Source of the DNA: Xanthobacteraceae bacterium
GTDB lineage: Bacteria; Pseudomonadota; Alphaproteobacteria; Rhizobiales; Xanthobacteraceae
Assembly (NCBI GenBank): GCA_049647485.1
Contig: JBARXT010000197.1
Coordinates: 184 to 64,183, forward strand
Direction: 5' to 3'
Length of the DNA stretch: 64,000 nucleotides
This document shows, in pieces, positions 20,364 through 30,230 of the stretch. The translations under genes and the position numbers were made by a program. Every line of letters begins with the position of its first letter. Within the stretch, counting starts at the first letter, position 1. The notes beneath the pieces are model-generated. The model saw nothing but the letters and a program-made list of their open reading frames with translations. It was not told the origin of the DNA and searched no databases.

Positions 20364-21221
20364 ATGCAACTCACAGCCAAGATGCGCTTCGCTCCCGACC
20401 TGCTGAAGGATCAGGTCGCCCTCGTCACCGGCGGCGGCACCGGCATGGGCCGCGCCACCGCGCTGGAGATGGCGCAGTCCGGCGCCAGGATTGTGGTGCT
20501 GGGGCGACGGCCGGAACCGATCGAGGATTGCGCCAAAACCATCCGCGAGGCCGGCGGCGATGCCATTGCGATTTCCGGCGACATTCGGCAGCCGGAACAG
20601 ATCGAAGCGGCGATGGCGCAAATCCGCAGTGAATTCGGTAAGCTGAACATTCTGGTCAACAACGCCGGCGGACAATTCGTCACGCCGGCGCGCGAACTGA
20701 ACAACAAGGGGTTCGAGACCGTCATTCGTAACAATCTGGTCGGCTCGTGGCAGATGACGAAGGCGGTCGCCGATCATTTCATGTTCGAAAATGGCGGCTC
20801 CATCGTATTCGTTACCGCTTGTGTGCGGTCCGGCCTCAGCGGCTTCGTTCACACCGCGGCCGCGCGTGGCGGCGTGCTGGCGATGATGAAGACGCTGGCG
20901 TTCGAATGGGCCGAGTTCGGCATCCGCCTCAACTGCGTCGCCCCCGGCACGGTGAAGACCGAGGGCATGGGCCACTATCCGATTGCGCCCGAGCAGTGGC
21001 TAAAGCTCAACCGCAACGTCATGGGCCACATGGGCGACGTCGAGGACATCGCGGCCGCGATCATCTTCCTCGCCTCGCCGCTCGGCAAATTCGTCACCGG
21101 TGAGGAATGGTACATCGACGGCGGCGAGACGCTGCACCTCGCCCACGACGCGCGCCAGATGATCGACATGATGAAATTCACCACGCGCGAACGCGGCGAC
21201 GGCCAGCCGGGGAAGGGTTAA
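20364..21221 (+). CDS. SDR-family oxidoreductase (2,4-dienoyl-CoA / enoyl-CoA reductase-like)
   Basis: 285 aa. The Rossmann motif VTGGGTGMGRA and NILVNNAGG are present. An alternative start lies at 20382. Confidence 0.85.
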   Translation: MQLTAKMRFAPDLLKDQVALVTGGGTGMGRATALEMAQSGARIVVLGRRPEPIEDCAKTIREAGGDAIAISGDIRQPEQIEAAMAQIRSEFGKLNILVNNAGGQFVTPARELNNKGFETVIRNNLVGSWQMTKAVADHFMFENGGSIVFVTACVRSGLSGFVHTAAARGGVLAMMKTLAFEWAEFGIRLNCVAPGTVKTEGMGHYPIAPEQWLKLNRNVMGHMGDVEDIAAAIIFLASPLGKFVTGEEWYIDGGETLHLAHDARQMIDMMKFTTRERGDGQPGKG

Positions 21222-21224
21222 GTC

Positions 21225-23285
21225 CTAAAGCGCCTGCCCCACACGAACACCATCATCGATCGCACGCATGGCATCGAGTTCGGCGGCCTCTTTCGCGCCG
21301 CCAATGACATGCGCTTCGATGCCGCTGGCACGCAACTCTTCATAGAGACTGCGGTTGGAATCCTGCCCGGCGCAGACCACGATGGTATCCACCGCCAGCA
21401 CCTGCGGCTTGCCGTCAATCACGATGTGCAGTCCGGCATCGTCGATGCGGTCATAGCTGACGCCCGCCAGCAGTTTCACATCACGCTTGGCGAGGCTCGA
21501 GCGCAGAATCCAGCCGGTGGAGACGCCGAGCCCCGCACCGGGGCGCGACGCCTTGCGCTGCAGGATGGTGATTTCGCGCGACGCCTGGCGCGGCGCCAGC
21601 GGATCGCCGGACAAGCCGCCGGGGTGCGACAAGCTTGCGTCGATATTCCATTCACGCTGGAAATCTGCAAGTTCGAGCGCGCGATGTTTCGGTGCTTCAC
21701 CCGGCTGCGAATGGCAGAGATACTCGGCGACGTCGAAGCCGATGCCGCCCGCGCCGATGATGGCGACGCGACGTCCCGCCTTGCGTCGTCCGCTCAGGAG
21801 ATCGTGATAGACCACGACGCTGGGATGATCGATGCCGGGGATCGCCGGCACGCGTGGATGCACGCCGGAGGCCACGACCACCGCATCGAAACCCTCATTG
21901 GCAATATCCGCTTTCGACACGGGAGTATTCAAACGCAGGCTCACTTGCCCCGTCTCGATGCGGCCACTGTAATAGCGCAGCATCTCGTCGAACTCGGATT
22001 TCCCAGGTACTGCGCGCGCCAGATTGATCTGCCCGCCCACGCGATCGGATGCTTCGAACAGCGTCACCTTGTGCCCGCGACGACTGGCTTCTGCCGCCGC
22101 CGCCAAACCGCCGGCGCCGGCGCCAACCACTGCGACCTTGCGCGAGCGCTCCGCGGGTCCTTCCTCGAACAACGTCTCGCGGCAGGCACGCGGATTGACC
22201 AGACATGTCGCGCTCCGCTCGGAGAAGATCAGATCGAGACACGCCTGATTACAGGCGATGCAGGTGTTGATGGTTTCGGGCTTTCCCTCCCGTGTCTTCC
22301 TGGCGAAGAACGGATCTGCCAGCATCGGCCGCGCCATCGACACCAGATCGCTGTCGCCGGAGCCGATGACATCCTCCGCCAGTTCCGGTGTGTTGATGCG
22401 GTTCGACGCCACGACTGGAATTTTGACCGCACGCTTGATCCGCGCTGCGGCAAAGCGCCATGCCCCGCGCGGGATTGGATAAGCGATGGTCGGAACCCGC
22501 GCCTCGTGCCAGCCGATACCGGTGTTGAGAATATCCGCACCTGCTACCTCGACACGCTGCGCCAGGCGGTCGATCTCGTCGCCGGTCGCGCCGCCCTCGA
22601 CGAGGTCGAGTGCGGAAATGCGATAAATAATGATGAAATTGTCGCCCGTCGCGGCGCGAACGCGCTTCACCAGTTCGACCGGCAGGCGATGGCGGTTCTC
22701 TTCCGAGCCACCCCATTCGTCGGTGCGGTCGTTGGTGCGCAGCACGGTGAACTCATTGATCAGATAGCCTTCCGAGCCCATGATCTCGACACCGTCGAAA
22801 CCGGCTTCCTGCGCCAATGAGGCACAGCGGACGTAATCCGCGATCGTTTGTTCGATTTCCTCGCCGGTCATCGCACGCGGCGTGAAGCGGTTGATGCGCG
22901 AGCGGATGCTGGAAGGACCGAGACACTCCTCCTGCTTGGCATAGCGCCCGGAGTGCAGGATTTGCAGACAGATCCTGCTGTCGTACTTGTGTACCGCATC
23001 GGTGATCTGCCGCAGTTCCGGCACCTGCGCACGCTCCGTCAGCATCGGCCCGCCAGGTTCGATCAATCCGGCGCTGTTGGGCGCGTAGCCGCCGGTGATG
23101 ATGAGACCGACCTCACCCTTCGCCCGTTCGGAGAGGAAGGCCGCCATCTTGTATACGCCGTTCTCTTCCATATCGAGCCGGGTATGCATCGAACCCATGA
23201 TGATCCGGTTGCGCAATGTCGTTCCCCCGACCTTCAACGGCGCCAGAAGATGGGGATAGCGCGAAAGGCCCGGATCGGCTTGCAT
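21225..23285 (-). CDS. fadH: NADPH-dependent 2,4-dienoyl-CoA reductase (OYE-like TIM barrel plus FAD/NAD(P) domains)
   Basis: 686 aa. It appears collinear with E. coli FadH as I recall it. Shared segments include LLAPLKVGGTTLRNRIIMGSMHT, MGSEGYLINEF, NTGIGWHEARVPTIA, MARPMLADP and NTCIACNQACLD, plus VAVVGAGAGG. Confidence 0.9.
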   Translation of the reverse strand: MQADPGLSRYPHLLAPLKVGGTTLRNRIIMGSMHTRLDMEENGVYKMAAFLSERAKGEVGLIITGGYAPNSAGLIEPGGPMLTERAQVPELRQITDAVHKYDSRICLQILHSGRYAKQEECLGPSSIRSRINRFTPRAMTGEEIEQTIADYVRCASLAQEAGFDGVEIMGSEGYLINEFTVLRTNDRTDEWGGSEENRHRLPVELVKRVRAATGDNFIIIYRISALDLVEGGATGDEIDRLAQRVEVAGADILNTGIGWHEARVPTIAYPIPRGAWRFAAARIKRAVKIPVVASNRINTPELAEDVIGSGDSDLVSMARPMLADPFFARKTREGKPETINTCIACNQACLDLIFSERSATCLVNPRACRETLFEEGPAERSRKVAVVGAGAGGLAAAAEASRRGHKVTLFEASDRVGGQINLARAVPGKSEFDEMLRYYSGRIETGQVSLRLNTPVSKADIANEGFDAVVVASGVHPRVPAIPGIDHPSVVVYHDLLSGRRKAGRRVAIIGAGGIGFDVAEYLCHSQPGEAPKHRALELADFQREWNIDASLSHPGGLSGDPLAPRQASREITILQRKASRPGAGLGVSTGWILRSSLAKRDVKLLAGVSYDRIDDAGLHIVIDGKPQVLAVDTIVVCAGQDSNRSLYEELRASGIEAHVIGGAKEAAELDAMRAIDDGVRVGQAL

Positions 23286-23313
23286 GGCATGGCTCTCGTT
23301 GGCATTGCAGACA

Positions 23314-23331
23314 TTCTAACAATTGTTAGAA
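23314..23331. promoter_or_regulatory. Palindromic operator copy 2: TTCTAACA-AT-TGTTAGAA (18-bp perfect palindrome)
   Basis: It lies in the divergent region between fadH (start 23285) and the acyl-CoA dehydrogenase (start 23356). Confidence 0.7.
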
Positions 23332-23355
23332 TGGTTCGAATAATCAAGAGATTTC

Positions 23356-24546
23356 ATGAGGACGCCGGTGGACACCACGCTGAACGAACAGCAGGAAGCC
23401 TTCCGCGAGGCCGCAATGCGCTTTGCTACCGAGAAGCTGGCGCCGCAGTACCAGAAGCGCGCCACCGAACATCGGCTCGACCGCACGATGCTCCACGAGA
23501 TGGGCTCGCTCGGCCTGATCGGCGTCGATATTCCGGAAGCCTATGGCGGGCTTGGCGAGAGCAGCGTCACCGCAGGCGTCATCATCGAGCAGATCGCCTA
23601 TGCCGACTTCAACGCCAGCTACGTGCAACTGCTGGCCTCGCTGATGGGTGGCATGGTCGCGCAGCACGCGACGCCCGACGTGGCGAAGGAATGGCTGCCG
23701 AAGGTGACGCGGGGAGACGCCATCATCGGTCTCGGCCTCACTGAGCCACGCGGCGGGTCTGACGCCGCCAATCTCATTCTTCGTGCGGAGAAATCCGGCA
23801 ACGGATACCGCCTCAACGGCGAAAAGACCTCGATGAGCTGCGCCGACCAATGCGACGCCGCGGTGATCTTCGCCCGCACCGGCAAGGTAGAGGACGGCGC
23901 GCGCGGCGTCAGCGCATTCTTCGTCGATCTCAACCAGAAGGGCATCACCCGCACTCATTTCGACGACATCGGCACCAAGCCGGTCGGGCGCGGCTCGGTG
24001 TTCTTCGACGACGTGTTTGTGCCGGCCGAATGCCTGATGGCGGAGGAAAACAAAGGCTTTTCCAAAATCATGACCGGCTTCGATTACAGCCGCGCCTTGA
24101 TCGGCCTCGAATGCATCGGTCCGGCACAGGCGTCGGTGGACGAAGCCTGGCAGTACAGCCGCGAGCGCACCGCGTTCGAGCGGCCGATCGCCCAGTTCCA
24201 GGGAGTCAGTTTTCCATTGGCGGAAGCCGAGACACAACTCACCATGATGCGCCAGCTTTGCTTCCACACCCTGTCGCTGCGCGACCGCCGCCTGCCGCAC
24301 ACCGCCGAGGCCGCGATGTGCAAGTGGTACGTGCCGAAGACGACGTGCGAGATCATCCACCAGTGCCTGCTGACGCACGGGCATTATGGCTATACCACCG
24401 ATCTGCCGTTCCATCAGCGCTATCTCGACGTGATGGGGCTACAGATTGGTGACGGCACCGCGCAGATCCAGAAGCTGGTGATCGCGCGTGAAAAGGTCGG
24501 TCGCGTTGCGGTACAGTACGCCAAGCAGGATGCGGGGAAAGTATAA
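23356..24546 (+). CDS. Acyl-CoA dehydrogenase
   Basis: 396 aa. LTEPRGGSDA and LLTHGHYGYT...YLDVMGLQIGDGTAQI are present. Confidence 0.9.
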   Translation: MRTPVDTTLNEQQEAFREAAMRFATEKLAPQYQKRATEHRLDRTMLHEMGSLGLIGVDIPEAYGGLGESSVTAGVIIEQIAYADFNASYVQLLASLMGGMVAQHATPDVAKEWLPKVTRGDAIIGLGLTEPRGGSDAANLILRAEKSGNGYRLNGEKTSMSCADQCDAAVIFARTGKVEDGARGVSAFFVDLNQKGITRTHFDDIGTKPVGRGSVFFDDVFVPAECLMAEENKGFSKIMTGFDYSRALIGLECIGPAQASVDEAWQYSRERTAFERPIAQFQGVSFPLAEAETQLTMMRQLCFHTLSLRDRRLPHTAEAAMCKWYVPKTTCEIIHQCLLTHGHYGYTTDLPFHQRYLDVMGLQIGDGTAQIQKLVIAREKVGRVAVQYAKQDAGKV

Positions 24547-24588
24547 CCGCGTCTCATGAGATGGCACTCGCGTGACACCTCACTCCGC

Positions 24589-24674
24589 GGTCATGGCCGG
24601 GCTTGTCCCGGCCATCCACGTTCCATTGTAGCGCCGCCAAGACACGGATTGCCGGAATAAATCCGGCCATGACG
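24589..24674. repeat. REP-like hairpin element, family A (copy 3, double hairpin)
   Basis: The element reads GTCATGGCCGGGCTTGTCCCGGCCATCCACG ... CGGATTGCCGGAATAAATCCGGCCATGACG. It lies between convergent genes. Confidence 0.75.
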
Positions 24675-24721
24675 AATTCAAAAACAAGCGCCTTGCTTCA
24701 CGTCCTGCGCAAGGACGGCAT

Positions 24722-25411
24722 CTACCTGTCCGGTGCGAATTCGACCGGCGCGGCTTCCGCCGCCGAGGCGCCCTTCTCCCACAGCTTGGGATAGGTCACG
24801 CGAAAATCCTTCAGCAACTGATCGATCGGCGGATCGACGAACCAGCCGCGATCGTTGACATATTCCATGTGCCGCCGGTTCTGGGTATCGAACTCGTGGA
24901 ACAGCGCGTCGCCCTTGCCGTCGAACACCAGTTCGCGGACGCCGAAGCGCTGACACAGTTCGGAGTTGAAGGCCGGCGTCACCTTGAACATCTTGCCGTC
25001 GAGCCACAGCGCGACATAACCGTGATAGATGAACAGGTCCGTTCCCATCAGATCGGCCAGCTTCGCCGAGTTGAGATGATTGCGCACATCGGCGAATCCC
25101 GGTGCCGCCGGAATGCTGGCGGCGCGCAGTACTGCGGCAAGCAGGATCGCCTTCGGCACGCAGTAGTTCGAGGGTCGCTGCGCCACCGTGCTGGCGCGGT
25201 AATCGTGCGGCGTGGTGCCGACATGGAACGGATCGTATTTGATGCGGTCGCGCACGGCGTCGAACAGGCGGATCGCCTTGTCGGTCGGCGACGCGTTTTC
25301 GAAACCGCTCAACGCCGAGGCAGCGAAGTCGCGCACCGGCGCAGAACCACTATCGACGAAGGCCGTCGGCTTGAGGAAATCGGCAGAGGGAGAAGCAGTC
25401 ACGTCAACCAT
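24722..25411 (-). CDS. Transglutaminase-like (papain-fold Cys-His-Asp) superfamily protein
   Basis: From ORF 24722..25609, trimmed to MVDVTASPS at 25411. The candidate catalytic Cys is in SNYCVPKAILLAA and the candidate His is in LFIYHGYVALW. Confidence 0.65.
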   Translation of the reverse strand: MVDVTASPSADFLKPTAFVDSGSAPVRDFAASALSGFENASPTDKAIRLFDAVRDRIKYDPFHVGTTPHDYRASTVAQRPSNYCVPKAILLAAVLRAASIPAAPGFADVRNHLNSAKLADLMGTDLFIYHGYVALWLDGKMFKVTPAFNSELCQRFGVRELVFDGKGDALFHEFDTQNRRHMEYVNDRGWFVDPPIDQLLKDFRVTYPKLWEKGASAAEAAPVEFAPDR

Positions 25412-25435
25412 CCAAGCCAGGGTGCTTATCTGAAA

Positions 25436-25451
25436 TCTAACAAATGTTAGA
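25436..25451. promoter_or_regulatory. Palindromic operator copy 3: TCTAACA-AA-TGTTAGA
   Basis: It lies in the divergent region between the transglutaminase-like gene (start 25411) and the ACS-like synthetase (start 25527). Confidence 0.7.
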
Positions 25452-25526
25452 AACGAGCTATTGTCAATCGCGGTGACGCGGTATTGTACCCCCCACGCTT
25501 TCAATTCAAAGACCGTAGGACAGCCT

Positions 25527-27491
25527 ATGAGCGACGCCAACCAATACGTTTGGGAACCCTCCCCCGACCTCGTTGCGCAAAGCAATCTGACGGCATTCCT
25601 GCGCGCCACCGACCACGCGGACTACGACAGTCTTGCGGCCACCGCAGAGGCCGATCCGGCATGGCTGATGGAGCAGGTATTCAAATTCTGCGCCGTTCGA
25701 TTCTTTAAGCCTTACGACACGATGCTGGATATCTCGCGCGGCGAACCGTGGGCGCGCTGGTGCGCCGGCGGTACCACCAACATCGTACTGAACTGCATCG
25801 ACAAGCATCGCGACACGCCGGTATGGGACCAGACCTTTCTGGTGTGGGAGGGCGAAAACAAGACGGAGCAGCGCACACTCAGCTACCGCGAGCTTGATCG
25901 CGAGGTCAGCTGCCTGGCACAGGGCTTGCGCGATCTCGGCATCGAGCAGGGCGACGTGGTCGCCCTCTACATGCCGAACCTGCCGGAAACCTTCACCGCA
26001 TTCTTCGCGGTCATGAAGCTCGGCGCGATCCTGCTACCGCTGTTCTCGGGCTTCGGTCCCGCCCCGATCGTCTCCCGCCTCAACCACGGCGAGGCGAAAG
26101 CCGTAATCACTGCCAACGGCACTTGGCGGCGCGGCACGCCAGCCCCTTTGAAGTCCGTACTCGATGCCGCGCTGGAACAGGCGCCGAGCGTACGGCATGT
26201 GATCGTGGTCGATCGCGGCGGATTGTCCATCGAGACGCCGATGCGCGCCGGCCGCGACCATTGGTGGGATGACCTCACGGCGGGCAAAAACGGCGACATC
26301 GCAACCGTTGAGATGCCGGCCGATGCGCCCGCTATCCTGCTCTATACGTCGGGCACCACCGGCGAACCGAAGGGCTGCGTGTGGACCCAGATAGGCTTCA
26401 TTGGCTCGATGGTGACGCGCGACATCATCATCTGCTGCGACTTCAAGCCGACAGACCGCTTCTTCTTTATGAGCGACATGGGCTGGATGGTCGGCGCGAT
26501 GACCGCCTGCATCCCGAGCTTCGCCGGCGCCAGCCTGTTGGTGGCCGAAGGCACGCCGGATTATCCGGACACCGGACGGTTCTGGAGGCTGATCCAGGAT
26601 CATCGCGTCAGTTATCTCGGCGTTTCGCCCACCATCGTTCGCAGCCTTATGCGCTACGGTGAGGAAGTTGAGAACTACGATCTCTCCGGTTTGCGCATCA
26701 CCACCTCCGGCGGCGAGGCATGGACCGCCGCGCCGTGGCAATGGTTCTTCGAGCACGTCTGCAAGCGACGGTTGCCGATCATCAACATTTCCGGCGGTAC
26801 CGAAGTCGGCGGCTGCATATTTCTCGGCACGCCGAACCACCCGATGAATCCCGGCTCGTTTTCACGGCCGGCGCTCGGCGTTGGCGCCGATATCGTCGAT
26901 CTCTCGGGCAACAAGGTGCCGCCCGGCGAAGTGGGCGAACTGATCCTGCGCCATTCTTCCATCGGTCTGACGAAAAGCCTGTGGAAGGCGGACGCACGCT
27001 ACATCGACAATTACTGGAACACGCTGCCCGGCATCTGGGTGCACGGCGACTTCGCCATGCAGGGCACCGATGGGCTCTACTACATTCTCGGCCGTTCCGA
27101 TGACACCATCAAGATTTCCGGCAAGCGCACCGGCCCCGCCGAACTCGAGGGCCTATTGGTCGCCACCGGCAAGGTGGCGGAGGCCGCAGTGTTCGGCATC
27201 CCGCATCCGGTGAAGGGATCGGCCATCGTCTGCGCCTGCGTGCTGATGCCGAGTGTTACGGAACAAGGCATCGCCGAAGAATTATCAAGTGCACTGGTGA
27301 AAGGCATGGGCGCGTCCTATCGCCCCGAGCGCATCGTCTTCGTCGATGACTTGCCGCGCACCCGCAACCTGAAGATCATGCGCCGTGTGCTGCGCGCGGT
27401 GTTCGAGAACAAGGACCCGGGTGACCTGTCGTCGCTCGCCAATCCTGAGACGGTGGACGCGCTGCGCAGGCAGGTGGCGGCGTCACCCTGA
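25527..27491 (+). CDS. AMP-forming acyl-CoA synthetase, long acetyl-/acetoacetyl-CoA synthetase-like form
   Basis: From ORF 25461..27491, with the start at MSDANQYVW (25527). It has an ACS-type N-terminal extension, YTSGTTGEPKG, the WMVG block, ISGGTE, and GRSDDTIKISGKR. Confidence 0.85.
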   Translation: MSDANQYVWEPSPDLVAQSNLTAFLRATDHADYDSLAATAEADPAWLMEQVFKFCAVRFFKPYDTMLDISRGEPWARWCAGGTTNIVLNCIDKHRDTPVWDQTFLVWEGENKTEQRTLSYRELDREVSCLAQGLRDLGIEQGDVVALYMPNLPETFTAFFAVMKLGAILLPLFSGFGPAPIVSRLNHGEAKAVITANGTWRRGTPAPLKSVLDAALEQAPSVRHVIVVDRGGLSIETPMRAGRDHWWDDLTAGKNGDIATVEMPADAPAILLYTSGTTGEPKGCVWTQIGFIGSMVTRDIIICCDFKPTDRFFFMSDMGWMVGAMTACIPSFAGASLLVAEGTPDYPDTGRFWRLIQDHRVSYLGVSPTIVRSLMRYGEEVENYDLSGLRITTSGGEAWTAAPWQWFFEHVCKRRLPIINISGGTEVGGCIFLGTPNHPMNPGSFSRPALGVGADIVDLSGNKVPPGEVGELILRHSSIGLTKSLWKADARYIDNYWNTLPGIWVHGDFAMQGTDGLYYILGRSDDTIKISGKRTGPAELEGLLVATGKVAEAAVFGIPHPVKGSAIVCACVLMPSVTEQGIAEELSSALVKGMGASYRPERIVFVDDLPRTRNLKIMRRVLRAVFENKDPGDLSSLANPETVDALRRQVAASP

Positions 27492-27492
27492 A

Positions 27493-27592
27493 GTGCGAGC
27501 AAAGCGAGCCTCAAGGGGTGACGCGCAAAATATATCGGCCGCCATCCTTCGATGGTTCCATGCTAAGCGCGGCGCACCTCAGGATGACGGCC
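27493..27592. repeat. REP-like element, family C (copy 2)
   Basis: The element reads GCGAGCAAAGCGAGCCTCAAGGGGTGACG ... CCTTCGATGG ... GCGCACCTCAGGATGACGG. It lies between convergent genes. Confidence 0.65.
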
Positions 27593-27607
27593 TTCTTCTG
27601 CGCTTTC

Positions 27608-28420
27608 CTAAATCGGGCACTCCGGCGGGAACGAGGGTTTGCGCTTCTCGAGATGCGAGGCCAGCCCCTCACGCGCCTCAAGCCCGGTAAAGCCGAGGAT
27701 TTCCAGCGCCGTCGACGTATCGAAGAGCGGCCCGTTCACGCGCAGCCAGTTATTGAGCGAATACTTGGTCCAGCGGATCGCGCTCTGCGCGCCGGTGGCG
27801 AGATCTTCCGCGGTTTCCAGCGCGATCTTCTGCAACTCGGCATCCTCGACGCACAACGACACCAGCCCGATGCGCTCGGCTTCCTCACCCGACAGCGGCT
27901 TGCAGGTCAGCAGATAATATTTCGCCTTGGCCAGCCCGCACAGCAGTGGCCAGATGATGCAGGCGACGTCGCCTGCCGCCACCCCGAGCCGCGTATGGCC
28001 GTCGACGATCTTGGCGGATTTGCCGCAGATCGACACGTCCGCGAGAATGCCGACGACCAGCCCGGCGCCCACCGCGACGCCGTTGATGGCGGAAATGATC
28101 GGCTTGTTGCAGTTGATGACGTTGTAAACAAGATCCTTGGCTTCCTTCCAGGTCGACATGCGCGCGACCGGATTGTCGAGAATGCTCTTGATCAGTTCGA
28201 AATCCCCGCCGGCGGAAAACGCCTTGCCCGCACCGGTCACGATCACCGCATTGATATCCGGATCGTCGTTGATGTCGCGCCAGATGTGCGTAAGTTGGGT
28301 ATGCGTCTCCGCATCCACCGAATTGTATGTTTCCGGCCGATCGAAGGTGATCCGAAGAATCCGCTTCGAAGGATAGTCAAGCTTCAACTTGGTATAGGCA
28401 GCATAGCGGTCCGACATCAT
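27608..28420 (-). CDS. Enoyl-CoA hydratase/isomerase
   Basis: 270 aa. [26 protein letters not shown] and [12 protein letters not shown] are present. Confidence 0.9.
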   Translation of the reverse strand: MMSDRYAAYTKLKLDYPSKRILRITFDRPETYNSVDAETHTQLTHIWRDINDDPDINAVIVTGAGKAFSAGGDFELIKSILDNPVARMSTWKEAKDLVYNVINCNKPIISAINGVAVGAGLVVGILADVSICGKSAKIVDGHTRLGVAAGDVACIIWPLLCGLAKAKYYLLTCKPLSGEEAERIGLVSLCVEDAELQKIALETAEDLATGAQSAIRWTKYSLNNWLRVNGPLFDTSTALEILGFTGLEAREGLASHLEKRKPSFPPECPI

Positions 28421-28532
28421 CGCTTCCTCGTTTTCAACGGCCTGTTTGGCGTGCCTGCGATACTCATCCTATACTGATCCACGCCTCGGAACTACGAGTC
28501 CCTTTCCCCGCGCAACCAGCTATGGAAATTTT

Positions 28533-28548
28533 TCGAACAGATGTTAGA
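28533..28548. promoter_or_regulatory. Palindromic operator copy 4: TCGAACA-GA-TGTTAGA (one mismatch)
   Basis: It lies in the divergent region between the hydratase (start 28420) and the synthetase/thiolase-like/DUF35 operon (start 28666). Confidence 0.6.
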
Positions 28549-28665
28549 ATTTTAGGTGGGATTGCCCCGCACCGCAAGCGCCGACTTGCCGAGATGCAAT
28601 AACGAGATACGATGCAACGACGGATGTGGCGCTGTTCAAGCGACACTCCGATCGCGGAGGACCAC

Positions 28666-30222
28666 ATGCAAAGCGAGCGACAAGATTCGCCGACGACGAC
28701 CGCCGGCACCAGTTCGACGGTCGGTAGCCTGTTCCGCGCTCGCGCCGCGATCCAGCCGGCCGCGCCTGCCATCGAATATGGCGACAGAGCCGTCAGCTAC
28801 GGCGAACTGAACGACCGGGTGAACCGCGCAAGCGCGTTGCTGGCCGCGCGTGGACTCAAGCGCGGCGACCGTGTCGCATTATTGTCGCGCAACCGCCCGG
28901 AATATCTCGAGATCGAACTCGCGGCCGGACAACTTGGCGTCATCACCGCCTGCCTGAACTGGCGGCTGTCGAAGCGCGAACTGGTCTACTGCATCGAACT
29001 TGTTTCACCCAAACTGCTGATTGCGGAAGCGGAGTTGGTCGCGCCGCTGGACGGCGCGCTCTCGGTCCGCGACGTCGTGACGCTCGGCACGGATTACGAA
29101 AGGGCACTGCAAGCGCAGACCGGCGCACCATCGCCGATCGCGGCAGAGCCGGAAGACGGTCTCGTCATTCTCTACACCAGCGGTACCACTGGCCTGCCAA
29201 AAGGTGCAGTGATCTCGCATCGCGCGATGATGGCGCGCGCACTGGTGTTCTCATCCGAACTCAACATCGCGCACGATGAATCCTTCGTCGCCTGGGCGCC
29301 GTTGTTCCACATGGCTTCGACCGACCACGCGATTGCCACACTGTTGCGCGGCGGCACTGTGATCGTGGTCGACGGCTTCCAGGTCGCGCCGCTACTGTCC
29401 GCCGCCGCGCGCTACCGCATCGGCTGGTTCGTGCTGATCCCCGGCATGGTGGAGGCTCTTGTCGAGGGATTCCGCGCCGATCCCGTCACCGTGAAGGGTA
29501 TCCGCACCTGCGGCGCGATGGCCGACCTGGTGCCGCCGCAGGCCATCGCCGACATCACGCAGCTGTTGCAGGCGCCCTACATCAATAGCTTCGGGTCTAC
29601 CGAGACCGGCCTGCCGCCGGCCAGCACCAACCTCATCGCGATCGGGGACATACCCGCAAGGCTGTCGAAACAGCAAAGCAGTTTCTGCGAGATCAAGCTG
29701 GTCGATCCCGACGACAATGAGGTGGCGATAGGCCAGCCCGGCGAACTCGCCATGCGCGGGCCCACGCTGTTCTCCGGCTACTGGCAGGCGGACGAGACCA
29801 ACGCGCGCGATTTTCGCGGCGGCTGGTTTCACATGGGCGACGTATTTCGCCGCAACTCCGACGGCACGCTCGATTTCGTGGATCGCGCCAAATACATGAT
29901 CAAATCCGGCGGCGAGAACGTCTATCCAGCCGAGATCGAACGCGTGCTGATGACCGATTCCCGCATCACCGAGGCCGCCGTGGTGCGCACCAAGGACGCC
30001 AAATGGGGCGAGGTGCCGGTCGCGTTCATCGCCCGCCGCGACGACAGCCTCACCGAGGCCGAACTGACCGCGATGTGCCGGCGCGATCTCGCCGGCTACA
30101 AATGCCCGCGACAGTTCCATTTCATCGACTTCGCGGACTTCCCACGCTCGACCAGCGGCAAGGTGCAGCGGCACGAGCTTGAGGCGCGGCTGACGCAAAC
30201 CGCTTCCGCTGCCGCAACATAG
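28666..30222 (+). CDS. AMP-dependent acyl-CoA synthetase
   Basis: From ORF 28612..30222, with the start at MQSERQD (28666). YTSGTTGLPKGA, FGSTE, HMGDV, KSGGENVYP and PRSTSGK are present. Confidence 0.85.
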   Translation: MQSERQDSPTTTAGTSSTVGSLFRARAAIQPAAPAIEYGDRAVSYGELNDRVNRASALLAARGLKRGDRVALLSRNRPEYLEIELAAGQLGVITACLNWRLSKRELVYCIELVSPKLLIAEAELVAPLDGALSVRDVVTLGTDYERALQAQTGAPSPIAAEPEDGLVILYTSGTTGLPKGAVISHRAMMARALVFSSELNIAHDESFVAWAPLFHMASTDHAIATLLRGGTVIVVDGFQVAPLLSAAARYRIGWFVLIPGMVEALVEGFRADPVTVKGIRTCGAMADLVPPQAIADITQLLQAPYINSFGSTETGLPPASTNLIAIGDIPARLSKQQSSFCEIKLVDPDDNEVAIGQPGELAMRGPTLFSGYWQADETNARDFRGGWFHMGDVFRRNSDGTLDFVDRAKYMIKSGGENVYPAEIERVLMTDSRITEAAVVRTKDAKWGEVPVAFIARRDDSLTEAELTAMCRRDLAGYKCPRQFHFIDFADFPRSTSGKVQRHELEARLTQTASAAAT

Positions 30223-30230
30223 GAGATTTC

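Noticed and set aside
14058-24794. Possibility that the recurring hairpin repeats form a CRISPR array, or that the small ORFs inside them are genes (14058..14282, 14079..14318, 19241..19843 N-terminus, 24603..24794).
   Set aside because: The copies are kilobases apart and are single or double imperfect palindromes. They lack regular spacers and no cas genes are present. The ORFs are read-through of repeat sequence. These are REP/MITE-like elements, not CRISPR.
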